A stretch of 64,000 bases of DNA. Origin: Octopus vulgaris (Eukaryota). Numbering within the stretch: the first letter of the stretch is position 1; every line of letters begins with the position of its first letter. The notes below the pieces were generated by a model. The model saw only the letters and a program-made list of their open reading frames with translations, did not search any database and was not told where the DNA came from. The stretch spans positions 31,186,001-31,250,000 of the forward strand of contig OX597820.1 of NCBI GenBank assembly GCA_951406725.2, read 5' to 3'. This document shows, one piece after another, positions 12,422-24,126 of this stretch. Both the position numbers and the translations under genes were made by a program.

Positions 12422-12582
12422 CAAGCTCCTTTCAGTTTCCAACTACCAAATCCACTCACAAGACTTTGGTCGGCCTGGGGCTATAGTAGAAGACACTTTC
12501 CCAAGATGCCATGCAGTGGAACCGAGCCCAGGACCATGGGGTTGGTAAGCAAGGTATTTACCATGCAGCCACTCCGTACCTA
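12170..12582 (-). mobile_element. SINE family A, full length
   Basis: Reverse complement of the family A structure, including the internal (TA)n/(TG)n tract. Confidence 0.85.
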
Positions 12583-13917
12583 TTTATTTTTTCCCCAAGT
12601 GTATTTTTCATTGTGAGTCTTCAGCATCTTATGTTCTTGTGGTTCTAAAGTGTCCATTGAAATTCTAACTTTTGCTGTTAAACTTGTCCTTGCCATACAT
12701 TGAAATTTTCTGACCTTCTTTCATTGAGATTCTAATTCTTGTAAGGGTTATACTTCTTTAGGGGTTTGTGGTTTATGGAAGTTTAGTTGTATATACAGGT
12801 GTGCCTATCATTTCCAATTCTTTTTCTCCTACTGGTTTTACTTCTTGACAAAGAGTATATAACCCAAAATATTAGCTAGTCTTCTATTCCTTTCATTTTT
12901 GTAGTCTAATTATACACATTCATTGTTATCGTTTTAAGGTCCCTAATTCTTCATCAGTTATCAACCAGATGGTATTACTCAAACTGATGCAGAATAAGGG
13001 ACCTTCTGTGTCTGTTTTCCATCTGTTTGTGCACTCAGTATACATTTTTTATGTTCACCTGTACATTCATTGTATGTTTTTAACTTTGTATTTGTGCATT
13101 TATTATACACTTTTTCACTTAAGTAACAGAACACAACACACCTGGTTTTTATTAACAGTAAGTTTCATATATATGGAGAGAGATATACACCTACATGTGT
13201 GTGTGTGTACACACACGCATACACCCAGAGTAAATTGTCCTTACATACAAACCTAGATACACATCCATAAACATATTCCATACGCACTATATAGATACAC
13301 AAACAGAGCATACACACATGAATAGTTACCTAGATGACACATGAAAGGATGGTGTAGTTGAGTATGGAAAGAGAGTGGAAGTGGTGAAGCAGTATCATAG
13401 GAAGCCAAGACATTCATAAATTCTCTGTCGAAACAGAGATTCCTGTATTGAAATTGAGACACTTTCTTGTGTCAGCAGTAGTAAGATGAATCATAGTGCA
13501 TGTGCACAAAAATACAAAAATACCATAGATGAAGAGCTTATGAGTGGAGTGGCTATACAATTTGAAGTGACAATATCATCAGCCACCCAACATGTCTTAC
13601 TATATAACCACTGAATCATATGAACTAGATCAGATGTAGTATCTGGCCTAATTAATATAAGATATAATATATGGCCTAATTAAAAGAGCTCAAAATAAGA
13701 GTTTTCGAACAAAAACAAACTTTATGGTTAACTGATTACATTCAGAAAGATCATCCTATTATATTATTATACTTTGAACGATCATCCTATTCAGAAGGAA
13801 AAAAGAAAATTCAATGAAGACTGTTTGCTTACACTGTAATGTTTTGTATTGTATGTGATTAAAACACTAGCAGGATTATCTAGGTTATTACAGGGCTATC
13901 TGGAGAGGTTTAATAAT

Positions 13918-14133
13918 AATAGTTTCAAATTTTGCCACAAGGGCAGCAATCTTGGGGGAAGGTATGAGTTGATTACATCAACTTTTTTTCCACTGGTACT
14001 TATTTCATCGACCCTGAAAAGATGAAAGGTAAAGTCAACCTCGGTGGAATTTGAACTCAGAACGTAGCAATGGGTGAAATAGCATTAAGTATTTCATCCA
14101 GCTTGCTAACTATTCTGCAAGTCTGCTGCCTTA
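13918..14133 (-). mobile_element. SINE family B, single copy
   Basis: Full head-core-tail structure flanked by (AAT)n. Confidence 0.8.
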
Positions 14134-14139
14134 GTAGTA

Positions 14140-14620
14140 ATAATAAAAAAGATAGAGCCAAACTTGTCTTCAATCTCGGTTTCATGCTTAGCCCTCACCT
14201 ATAGTCATGAATGTTGGATTATGACAATGATTGTGAAGAAAAGCTACTAAAATAGGGTTACTCTGAAGGATCTTTGGAGTAATGTTACTCAACAGGGTGC
14301 ATAGTACAGAGATCAGGGTATCTCTGCAGGTCAAGCCACTACTTCTCTGTATTGAGTGGACACACATATGGTATTATGGACACAGGATTAGAATGTCACA
14401 GGAAAGAATTGCAAGACAGATTCTTCAAGTCAAGCCAATTGGCATGAGACATAAGGGTAGATCAAAACTGAGATGGCTGGATAATATCTATAGACTCAGT
14501 TGGTCACATTTGGGAATCCAGTTAGAAAGTCTCATGATAGGACTCTTGGGAGAAGGTGCTTTAGAATTCTACCCACCATGACCCTCCCAAGAAGAGTGAG
14601 CAGAGTAAATGGATGGATGG
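14140..14620 (+). mobile_element. RTE-clade LINE 3' fragment (decayed ORF2 C-terminus)
   Basis: ORF 14282-14581 has YGHRIRMSQERIARQIL...GMRHKGRSKLRWLDNI, the GH..RM...R.GRP..RW.D pattern of RTE C-termini, and an ATGGATGGATGG tail. Confidence 0.8.
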
Positions 14621-15050
14621 GATACATAGGTCTTGTGATAGTTTCTAGAGAAAGATTTCATTACTGAAAGAAATGTTCTATCAGCCTACAAAGACAACAG
14701 TTTAGAGATTCCAACAAAGGACCAAAACACATACAAAACTTTGTAGACAACAACTGGCTGTTTGGCAACATCTGATGGGATAATATCTCAAATACAAGGA
14801 CCTCTATGTCAGAGTCTGAAAATTCATGAATATTCAGCAGTAGTTTCCTGCTGCCTTCTGCCATTTTATTTACAAGTTACACAACTAGTCTCTTCCTCTT
14901 CACAACTTACCCTTGAGGCACTGAACTTAATTAACCCTAAGGCAGTGAGTAGGACTGGTTCACCCGACAACAGAACATGTCCATACATTGATGAACCTGG
15001 TGTGATATGTCTAGGAGCCAGCCATCCTTCAGTTCCTATATATCTTAGCT

Positions 15051-17722
15051 CAGGCATGGGCAACCTTTGGCCCTCGGGTCAGATCTGGCTCACGAAGCCT
15101 TTTTCTCTGGCCCGTGGAGACCTGTAGCAGTGCAGCTGTGAAGTGGTTAATTTTCTAGTCTGGTCGACTTGTAAAGTAAATAGGTAAAAACTAAACAAGC
15201 TTTTGTAGAATGCACTTCAGCAAAAATTCTAGGAAAGGTGAAAGGACTAAATTCGTAGAATCAAAATAGAGAAAGTGAAACTGAAGTTTCCTCGAAAAAG
15301 AGACAGAAACATTAGTAATAAAATGAAACTAAACATAAGCCCTACTGGTCAGGGCTTATGAGTAGCTAACTTTCAATCCATAAGGTTATCTTTTCTTGAC
15401 ACTAGCAAATGATTAACATGTCATTCACACACACACTCAAATTCTCTCAAACCCAAGAACCAGTTTGGTGAACGATCAAGCTACTAACTCAAGACATTCC
15501 AAACTTATTAATTTGCTAATATGCAAAGGCCAGAAATAACTTAATTCAAATCCAAACAACTATTGAGAATATCAGCCGTACACAACATTCCGTTTCTTTC
15601 TTATTCCTCTGATCAAGTATGTATTTTCCTTATATAAAGTTTATATTTCACACCCCAACATATGCACCATTATTTATCACCACTATCTATATTTTTTCTT
15701 TGAATTATCCAACCCTAAAATCTTGTCATCAAAAAAGAGAAAAGTGGATAACGAATCCTGAGTGCTCCAAGAAGAGTGGATCAACGATTATTTTTCCATA
15801 CAAATCAAAGACAAACCAGTGTGTTTACTCTGCTCAGAATCAGTTTCTGTCATTAAAGAATATAATGTAAAAAGACACTACATCTCCAAACACTCATCTC
15901 ATGAAAGTTTTCAAGGTCAACATAGGAAACAAAAAGTTGAAAATTTAATAAAAGATTTGAAAGAGCAGCAGACAATTTTTGTCAAGAGACTATGCTAGCA
16001 TGGAAAGCAGACGTTAAATGACGATGAGATGTGAAGATACCGAAAATATCATTCGTGCTAGTTATATCATTAGTGAGAAATTTGCAAAACATTCAAAAAA
16101 TTATTCCAATGGTGAAATTGTAAAAGAATGCCTACAAGCAGTAGCTGAAATTTTTTGTTCAGGTAAAAAAGAAAGAAATTGATAATATTAGTTTGTCTTG
16201 TAGAACTGTAACAAAACAGATTGACAAACTTGCAACTAATGTAGAGTTAGGCTTGAAAAAACTTTCTTTACATTTTAAATATCTTTCCTTAGCTATTGAT
16301 GAGAGCAGTAATGTGTCAAATACAGCCCAACTTGCAGCTTTTGTACATGGAATTGATGAAGCTTTAAATATCACAGAAGAAATGCTTGGTCTTTGGGAAA
16401 TGAAAGACACCACCACAGGGGAGGATATTTTTCAAGAATTGAAAATGTTAATGGTCAGATTTAATCTACATTTCAAAAACCTTCATGGTTTATCAACAGA
16501 TGGTGCTCCTGCTATGGTTGGTAGTAAAGCAGGCTTAGTTTCTAAAACCAGATCAGAATTGGCTTCTATGAATATAGACACAAAAGATTTATCCATTTTT
16601 CCTTGAGAATTTGTGTGCAAAGTCACTCAAATTTGAATATGTCATGTCCAAAGTTGTTTCAAGTAGAAGTTTTATAAAATCTTGAGCTTTGAACCACCAC
16701 CAATTTAAAGAATTTCTTGAGGATATCGAGGCAGAGTATGGAGATTTGGTTTACTATTGTGAGGTGTGATGATTAACCAAAGGACAAATGTTGAAACAAT
16801 TTTATGATCTGAAGAGCGAAATTTTTACATTCATGGAAATGAAAGGAAAGTCTATTCCTGAATTGAGTGATGATGGCTGGATATGTGATCTTGCTTTTCT
16901 TGTTGACTTTATTTCATATCTTAATGACCTTAATTTGAAATTGCAAGAAGGCCAATTCATTCATCAGTTGTACAAAATGTAACTGGGAACGACAGCTCAG
17001 AAATTGTAATCCATTCCATTTCCCAACATTGGCAATTCATGGCAAAATCGATTGTACTTCTTATGCAGATGAGGTAAAATTGATCAACGAAAAATTCAAT
17101 AATAGATTTCAAGATTTCAGATCACAAGAAACAAATCTACGTATATTTTCTTCATCTTTTGATATTAATATTAACCAGGCTCCCGAGGAATTACGGACGG
17201 AATTAACTGAACTCCAAGGGAATGAAGATTTAAAACAGGGAAATAAGAGATAATTCACTAATAGAGTTTTATAAAAGCCTACCTAGAGAAAATTTCCCCT
17301 TGATCGTGGATTTTGCTAGAAAGAAAATGTCACTTTGGTAGCACATATAAATGTTAGCAGCTATTCTTAAGAATGAAATCTACTAAATCCAAAGTAAGAT
17401 CAAGAATAACTGATAATCATCTTGAAAATAACTTGAAAGTAGCCACCTCTAGCATTTCTTCAAACATTGAAATGTTGGTGAAGAAACATCAATCCCAAAT
17501 ATCCCATGAGAATAATGTTTCATGGCTATTTTCTCCTTATGAGAAAATTAATAAATTGTTTTGTTCTTACCCTTATTTTAATATCCTTTATATATTATAA
17601 AGCAAATACTTGTATAAGCACTTGTATACATATTTTGTAAGTCTATAATTAGGGCTCTGGCCCGCAACTTTGATGAAAAAACTTAATCTGGCCCACACAT
17701 GGAAAAAGGTTGCCCATGCCTG
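15051..17722 (+). mobile_element. Full-length hAT DNA transposon, Buster/SPIN (GTF2IRD2-like) group
   Basis: Perfect 18-bp TIRs CAGGCATGGGCAACCTTT / AAAGGTTGCCCATGCCTG. Perfect 8-bp TSD TCTTAGCT (15043-15050, 17723-17730) with the central TA typical of Buster elements. Confidence 0.95.
15720..17510 (+). pseudogene. Disrupted hAT transposase
   Basis: Fragments in successive frames: BED finger (PVCLLC...NVKRHYISKH), LAIDESSNVSNTAQL, STDGAPAMVG, LAFLVD and the C-terminal dimerisation region (KSKVRSRITDNHLEN). Multiple stops and frameshifts. Confidence 0.9.
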
Positions 17723-18190
17723 TCTTAGCTAATGGACTATTTTCTGCTGTTTGAACCATAATTTGGGGGGGGGGGGGGTCTTGAAAGATAATAGCAGCAT
17801 CCGGGCAGAGCAGACCAGGGAATAGTGGTGACTAAGGGTTAATTCCATTCACTCCCAAACTAGATCCTCATTAGCAGTAATGATTACAAGTTTAATTAAA
17901 GATTTTTCAAGCCATAACTGTAAGGGCTTTAACATTTCTAAAATTTCAATAGCAGCAGGATTCTCAAAAGAGTGAAACAGCCAGCACCACTGATTTTTCT
18001 TTGAAGATTTGGAAGGATATTCCACAGGTGGCTCCTAAGAAGATTGCAGTTTCATGCTTCTATTTAAATTTTAGTTTACACTGAGTACACATTGTTATTT
18101 AAGATTTCAATTCATAATTTCTATTGAAGCCAAAAATGTCAGTTTAGCTAAGTTAAGAGATCTATGTGGCTGCTATACTTGCGAAAAATA

Positions 18191-19485
18191 CAGGGTGGGG
18201 TAGAGAGGATGGATGTTTTTGAAAAATTCACAAAATCATTAATTTTAGCAGCAAACATATTTATTGACATGAGTTCACATTGAATTACCATTTGTAAAAA
18301 TCAAGTGTGGCAAACAACATCCATCATGTGATGTCCATTTTCATTGATGCATTTCTGAAGGCATTCTTGGAAGTTGGCCTCCACTCTCTCCAGCACTGCT
18401 CCGTCGATTTGGGTAACTTCCACTTGAATAGCTTCCTTCAAATTGTCCAATGTATAGGGCTTATGTGCATACATATGTGCCTTGCAGTTTCCCCAAAGAA
18501 ATAATCACATATGGGCAAATCAGTGGACTGAGGGGGCCAAGGAATGTCAAAAAACCTGGAAATGAGGCAGTCACTAAAGAGAAGGCAAAAAACTTCCATT
18601 GATGCTGTGTGGGCTGTCACCCCATCCTGCTGAAATCACACATGATGAATAGGCATACATTTTCGTTGTAATTCAAGAACAAAGTAGTTCATCATCTCAA
18701 TGTAATGCTCCGAGTTCATAGTAACTGCATATCCATTATTGTCTTCGAAAAGGTAAGAACCAATGATGGCAGCTTTTCCAACAGCACACCAGACCGTCAC
18801 TTTTGCAATGTGCAGTCCTCTTGGATTTTCAGGAACCCAATAACAGTAGTTCTGTTGATTCACCATGCCATTGAGATGAAAATGAGCTTCACTCATTAAC
18901 AAAATGAGGTTGTCATTTGCCTCAAAATTTGCTTCCATCTGACATGTGAAGTTAAGCCACTGTGCATAGTACCATGGTTTCAAATGTTGTCCAATGACCA
19001 ATTTGTACTAGTGGAAATGCAGGTCTTCATGCAAAATATGTCCTACCAATTGATTACTAATGCCAAGTTCAGTGGAATGCCTCTGAGCAGAGCGATTTGG
19101 ATTCCGTATCAAAGTTTGTCAGACACATTCCACATTTTCCGGGGTCCGTACTGATTGTGGCACCCCCACCAGCTTCCTATTCATTAGTGTACCTTGTGTA
19201 CAAAGTGCATTCACCCAGCGTAAAATTGTGTTACAAGTGGGAACAGCCTGATTTCAGTTAATGCTGAAACACACACTGAACCGCTGTGACAGACTAGTTA
19301 TTCTTCATGTAACTGTTGCAGGCAAACACATGATGCTCTATCATCCACAGCACCATGGCTTCACCTGAAAAGAAAGAAAATGCTAAGACACCACGGACTG
19401 AATGGTACCGGTTGGACGTATGTCCCTCCCACTGGGGCTGAATAATAGCCATTTCAAAAACATTCGTCCTCTCTGCCCCACACTA
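18191..19485 (-). mobile_element. Decayed Tc1/mariner transposon (maT/rosa-like), ~1.3 kb
   Basis: TIRs CAGGGTGGGGTAGAGAGGATGGATGTTTTTGAAA / TTTCAAAAACATTCGTCCTCTCTGCCCCACACTA, flanked by TA. Confidence 0.9.
18301..19356 (-). pseudogene. Disrupted Tc1/mariner transposase
   Basis: N-terminal HTH-like segment, then MSEAHFHLNGMVNQQN, KVTVWCAV, FQQDGVTAHTA and WPPQSTDLPICDYF. Contains stops and deletions. Confidence 0.85.
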
Positions 19486-20195
19486 TAGTTTCAAACTCTC
19501 TCTCAAATCATGCCCTACCAACTAAAAGGAAAAGAGCACATTTGATAATGTGATCATGATTTCCATGGACATAAAAAAAAGGATAGGTTGAAAAAAAAAT
19601 CATTCACAACGAATGATTTTGATCAGAGGTTTGATGAGATGAGATGAGATGAGAGGGAGATGAGCAACAACATAGCTGAGCTATTCTACAGGAATCAACA
19701 TGACAGAAAAAAAAGAACACTTTGATTATATAAAATTGTTGTATAAGCAACCATATGACTAGATGGTTTTTATTCTATCTTGGTATGGTTGGCTGCATCT
19801 GGAACCATCTTGCATGGTGAATAAAATCTTAACACTATGAAACTATCTGACTGCCACCTTGTTTCCCAGTTCTTTTGACATATCACATAGGTGTCATACA
19901 CACATACCCCACTGCCTCCCCCCTCTCCACCAAACTCTTCGTAACATATTTTTGTTGAAAAATACAGACTTTATTATTAAGCTAGTGTTTGAAACAAAAA
20001 GTCAGTATTTTAGAACAAGGGGTGGTGTCAAGTGGGTCAGTATCAGAAAGGTTAAAGCACACTGCCATCTTTTAGGTAGTCAAGTGAGATTTTAGTGATA
20101 TTTGGGTAGGTCAGAAACTAACTTGTATGAATAAAATAATCTTAGCAGTATAAAACTATTAGACTGCCAATCAATTTTCCAGTTCTTTCAACACA

Positions 20196-20228
<33 letters not shown>

Positions 20229-20233
<5 letters not shown>

Positions 20234-20470
20234 CTGCACCCCCACCACCATTATAGGTGTCTACTCTTTGAACCCCCTCTTCAATACGCTGCTCCCCTAT
20301 ATTTCTGCACCCCCACCACCATTATAGGTGTCTACTCTTTGAACCCCCTCTTCAATACGCTATTTCACCATGCATTACCCCTCTCTCGATATCCTACGTT
20401 CTACTTGACTAGTACCTGTCCTCTGAACCACCCCTCCCACTGGTGCTCCCCTATATTTCTGCACCCCCCC
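20229..20470. repeat. Local direct duplication (71-bp period, two copies plus a partial third)
   Basis: TTTCTGCACCCCCACCACCATTATAGGTGTCTACTCTTTGAACCCCCTCTTCAATACGCT is identical at 20231 and 20302; GCTCCCCTATATTTCTGCACCCCC recurs near 20445. Confidence 0.85.
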
Positions 20471-20475
20471 CCATA

Positions 20476-20720
20476 AAAAGCACCATCCGAACGTGGCCGA
20501 TGCCAGACCCTCTGGCACCTGTGCAGGTGGCACGTAAAAACACCCACTACACTCGCGGAGTGGTTGGCGTTAGGAAGGGCATCCAGCTGTAGAAACACTG
20601 CCAGACTAGACTGGAGCCTGGGGCAGTCCCGAGCTCCCCAGACCCCGGTCGAAACCGTCCAACCCGTGCTAGCGCGGAAAACGGACGTTAAACGATGATG
20701 ATGATGATGATGATGATGAT
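20476..20720 (+). mobile_element. RTE LINE 3' UTR fragment with (GAT)n tail (young, CpG intact)
   Basis: Matches the 3' UTR of the 25883-26482 element (GGCGTTAGGAAGGGCATCCAGCTG...GTTAAACGATGATG). Another copy lies at ~49085-49325 (-). Confidence 0.75.
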
Positions 20721-20746
20721 ATATATATATATATATATACATATAC

Positions 20747-21078
20747 AGGTGCAAGCATGGCAGTGTGGTAAGAAGCTTGCTCTCCAACCACATGATTCTG
20801 GGCTCAGTCCCACTGCATGGCACCTTGTACAAATGTTTTCTATTAAAGCCTCAAGCTAATCAAAGCCTTGTGAGTGTGTTTGTCCCCTCCCCCATTTGAC
20901 AACAAGTGCAGGTGTGTTTATGTTCCTGTAACTTAGCGATTTGGCAAAACAAAACAGACAGAATAAGTACCAGGCTTAAAAATAAAATAGGTACTGGAGT
21001 CAATTCATTCGACTAAAAATTCTTCAAGGCAGTGGCCCAGGATGGCCACAGTATAATGACAAACAAATAAAAGAGAAA

Positions 21079-21080
<2 letters not shown>
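20747..21080 (+). mobile_element. SINE family A with an internal deletion
   Basis: Family A head and tail motifs. Confidence 0.8.
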
Positions 21081-21121
<41 letters not shown>

Positions 21122-21333
21122 TATATATAAATATATATCATAGGCTTTTGTGGCTTTCATCCACAAAATTTTACTCACAAAATATTGATTAATCCAAAGC
21201 TAGAGATGGGGACACTTGCATAAGGTCCCATAGTAGGATTGAACTCACAACCATGTCGTAAAATAAACCAGTAATCACACAGCTATGTCTGTAAGAATTA
21301 GAGAATTAAAGAAAGTAAGTATAGAATGCCTAC

Positions 21334-21454
21334 CTTATTTTATTGGAGCAGTATTTCACCGGTTGGGAAGTATTAATATATACAACACGCTGGTTTGTGG
21401 GCTCAACTTCTTCCGTTGTTTCTGACTCTGGTACATCGTGCATGGATTGATATG
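21334..21454 (-). CDS. ATP8A1: Exon 2 of a P4-ATPase phospholipid flippase (ATP8A1/ATP8A2-like)
   Basis: Acceptor ctacatgtatctttcag| and donor TAAG|gtaggc bound a 121-bp exon, phase 1 to phase 2. It encodes YQSMHDVPESETTEEVEPTNQRVVYINTSQPVKYCSNKI(S), matching the R.I.IN......FCNN.VS(TAKY) motif and exon-2 phases I recall for vertebrate ATP8A1. The symbol is a best guess within the ATP8A subfamily. Confidence 0.85.
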
Positions 21455-21676
21455 CTGAAAGATACATGTAGAGAAAAAGGTCACTCCAAGAATGAAGAAA
21501 ATATCTTTCTTTCAAACGAGGCACAAGGCCAATTTTATATAAAATTATTTATTACTGTTTGCATTCAGGTCAACCAAGCAGAACTATGATTAAAATCGAT
21601 GTCAGCTATTCCTAAAATGTCATACATTCAGGACCTCATTCTTCTATATAAATTTTGTAAACGTTAGAATATGTTT

Positions 21677-21904
21677 TTAACCCTTTTAAAATATTCATAT
21701 TACTCAGTTAAATTAATACTTATTTATTCACACTATTTTTAATTGACTATGCGTTGTTTTGCAGCTTCAAGACTTTGATGAAGTGATTTTATTTTTAGAA
21801 TGATCTTGTATGATAGGTGTGAGGGACTGGATCTTGCCAGTTTTAATATAAAATAGGTAAAATATTCGGGCTGGATGTGGTTGGTTTTAGTGCTAAAGGA
21901 TTAA
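21677..21904 (-). mobile_element. piggyBac-like MITE, family 2
   Basis: TTAA-CCCTTT...TGCTAAAGGA-TTAA termini; reverse-complement homolog of 23599-23827. Confidence 0.65.
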
Positions 21905-22120
21905 GGAATATGTGGCTGCTATATCTAGCACGAATAAGGTCCCTCAGAGCTATATGGCAGGCAGTCAACTGGATTTTTCTCTTCTTTTTTCTTAGGAGGA
22001 ATGGCAACACCAAAAACTTTTTCAGAATCTTCATGAATGGTAGATGGAAGGGACAAAATTATCCTCAGGCCTTAGATCTAGCTAGCAACAAAGTGAACTC
22101 TGTTAAAAGCAATCAAAGAC

Positions 22121-22243
22121 CATTATTTACATTCGACGGATATTTGTCCTCATCTTGTTTGTTGTTAACACGTTTCGACTGATATAAACATTGTGTTAAC
22201 AACAAACAAAATGAAGACAAATATCTGTCGAATGTAAATAATG
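22121..22243. repeat. 51-bp inverted repeat (3 mismatches, 21-nt spacer), probable Penelope-like element relic
   Basis: Arms at 22121-22171 and 22193-22243; the spacer contains GTTTCG (CGAAAC on the minus strand). Confidence 0.75.
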
Positions 22244-22689
22244 TACATAATTCCTCATCTCTTAAATATAGAACTGAAGCAAAGATCTTTTTTTAAATTT
22301 CAGTATTAGTCTGAGAGAACTGTGAGGCATTAAGAAAAGTGGTATCATCACCATCATCCTTTTAACATCGATTTTTCTATACTCAGATGGATCACACAGA
22401 ATTTGTTGAGGAAGATTTTCTACAGCCAGAAGCCCTTTGTATTGCCAACCCTCACTTGTTTCTAAAGTTACGTAATATCTCCCTATGATCGGACATGTTT
22501 TCATGGAAGATTGAAAATGACACCGCTTGTATGACAGTGACATTTATTTACAATTATCCTATCAAGACAATAAGACACACACACACACTTCTCGTTGTTT
22601 AACCTCAAATCAGATTTACTTGAATGAACCTTTGATAAAAGGCATTCCAGCCATGACCACCTTGGTATCTTGGATCATGCTTTTGCCAA

Positions 22690-23010
22690 GTTGTTTTAGG
22701 TGCCTACATAGTTGCAATATAACATCCTCTCAGGCCTACCACTGTTTACTGAGTGGAATAGAACATCAAGGACATGAGAGAGAGAGGGGAGAGGGAGAGA
22801 TAGGGAGCGATAGGGAGAGAGAGAGAGAGAGAGAGAGATAATGACACTAACACTCAGCTGGTACTCATTTTCAGCTGAGGAGACTGAAGCAATGTGAAAT
22901 GAAGTACTTTACTCAAGGACACAACACACTAACACCCAGTCTTGGAATTGAACCCATGCCCTTATGATCATGAGCCTATACTCTAATCACTGAACTACAT
23001 GCCTTCATAT
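22690..23010 (-). mobile_element. tRNA-derived CORE-like SINE (family D), decayed; related copies ~8060-8190 (+), 36560-36830 (-)
   Basis: ACTCAAGGACACAACAC and GGAATTGAACCC match the reverse complement of the 58672 element. Confidence 0.6.
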
Positions 23011-23598
23011 ACAGAACCAGTGTCCAATTAACCCCTTCAGTTTAAGGCCGAAGGGTGTGGTATGAGAGAAAGACACACAGAGAGAATAAGAGTGAAAGAG
23101 GGAGGGAAAGAGTTGGCTACTATAGCTAACAGGATGGGCAATCACATAGAAGCTTTCTCATTGGCCAATAGGCTAATTGTTGTTGAGGTAAGTAGGACAG
23201 TATTACATATACCACAGTTGGTACTAAAGAAAGGAGTAGAGGAACATCATAAAATATCTCAACTAAATTACTGCCTCGTACACCAGCTAGAGGCAGCAGC
23301 AGATCCTCTATGTGGTTACTCAACCTATTAGAAACAGCAGCCAAATTTCCCCTAAATTATACCTTGACACTTAAAAAAAGATGATAGCTATTAATATTAG
23401 ATGCCTGCATATAGTATTAGATGTCTGAAAACAAATGAGATGTTCATCTTTGAAACACTTGATCACAAGTTGGTTCAATCGGAGCTGACCGAGATAAACA
23501 GCAATAATTGTTGCAACTCCTTGTATAGCTAAACTCTTGTAGGGAGAGTGCAATTAGTCATGGTGGGGGTAACTAATTGCTAACCACTGACTCAACAG

Positions 23599-23827
23599 TA
23601 ACCCTTTGGCATTTAAACCGGCCATATCTGGTTCAAATATTCTACCTTGTTTTATGTTCAAACTGACCAGATCTAGCCTCTCACACTTACCCTACAATGT
23701 CATTCTAAAAATACACAATCACACCATCAAAATCTCAAAGCTACAAGATGATGCATGATTAATTCAAAACAATGTGAATAAATAAGCATTACATTTGACA
23801 GAGTAATGTGAATGCTAAAAGGGTTAA
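23599..23827 (+). mobile_element. piggyBac-like MITE, family 2
   Basis: TAA-CCCTTTGGCATT...AATGCTAAAAGGG-TTAA termini. Confidence 0.7.
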
Positions 23828-23924
23828 ATTTATCTATGCTGTTGATGATGTACACAATTATTATGGTGAAATCAATAGATATCTACAATTACTACTAACT
23901 ACAGTATCATCATTATAAAATACA

Positions 23925-24073
23925 GACGAGGCTGTGAGGTAAGAAATTTACTTCCAACTTCATAGTTCTGAGATCTGTTCCATTCCATAGTACCTTTGGC
24001 AAATGTCTTCTAGTGTAGCCTTGGGGTGACCAAAGCTTTGTAAGTGGATTTGACAGATGAAAACTAAGCCTGT

Positions 24074-24126
<53 letters not shown>

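Noticed and set aside
15762-17600. GTF2IRD2-like host gene
   Set aside because: It lies between TIRs with a TSD and has many stops and frameshifts, so it is a dead transposase rather than a domesticated gene.
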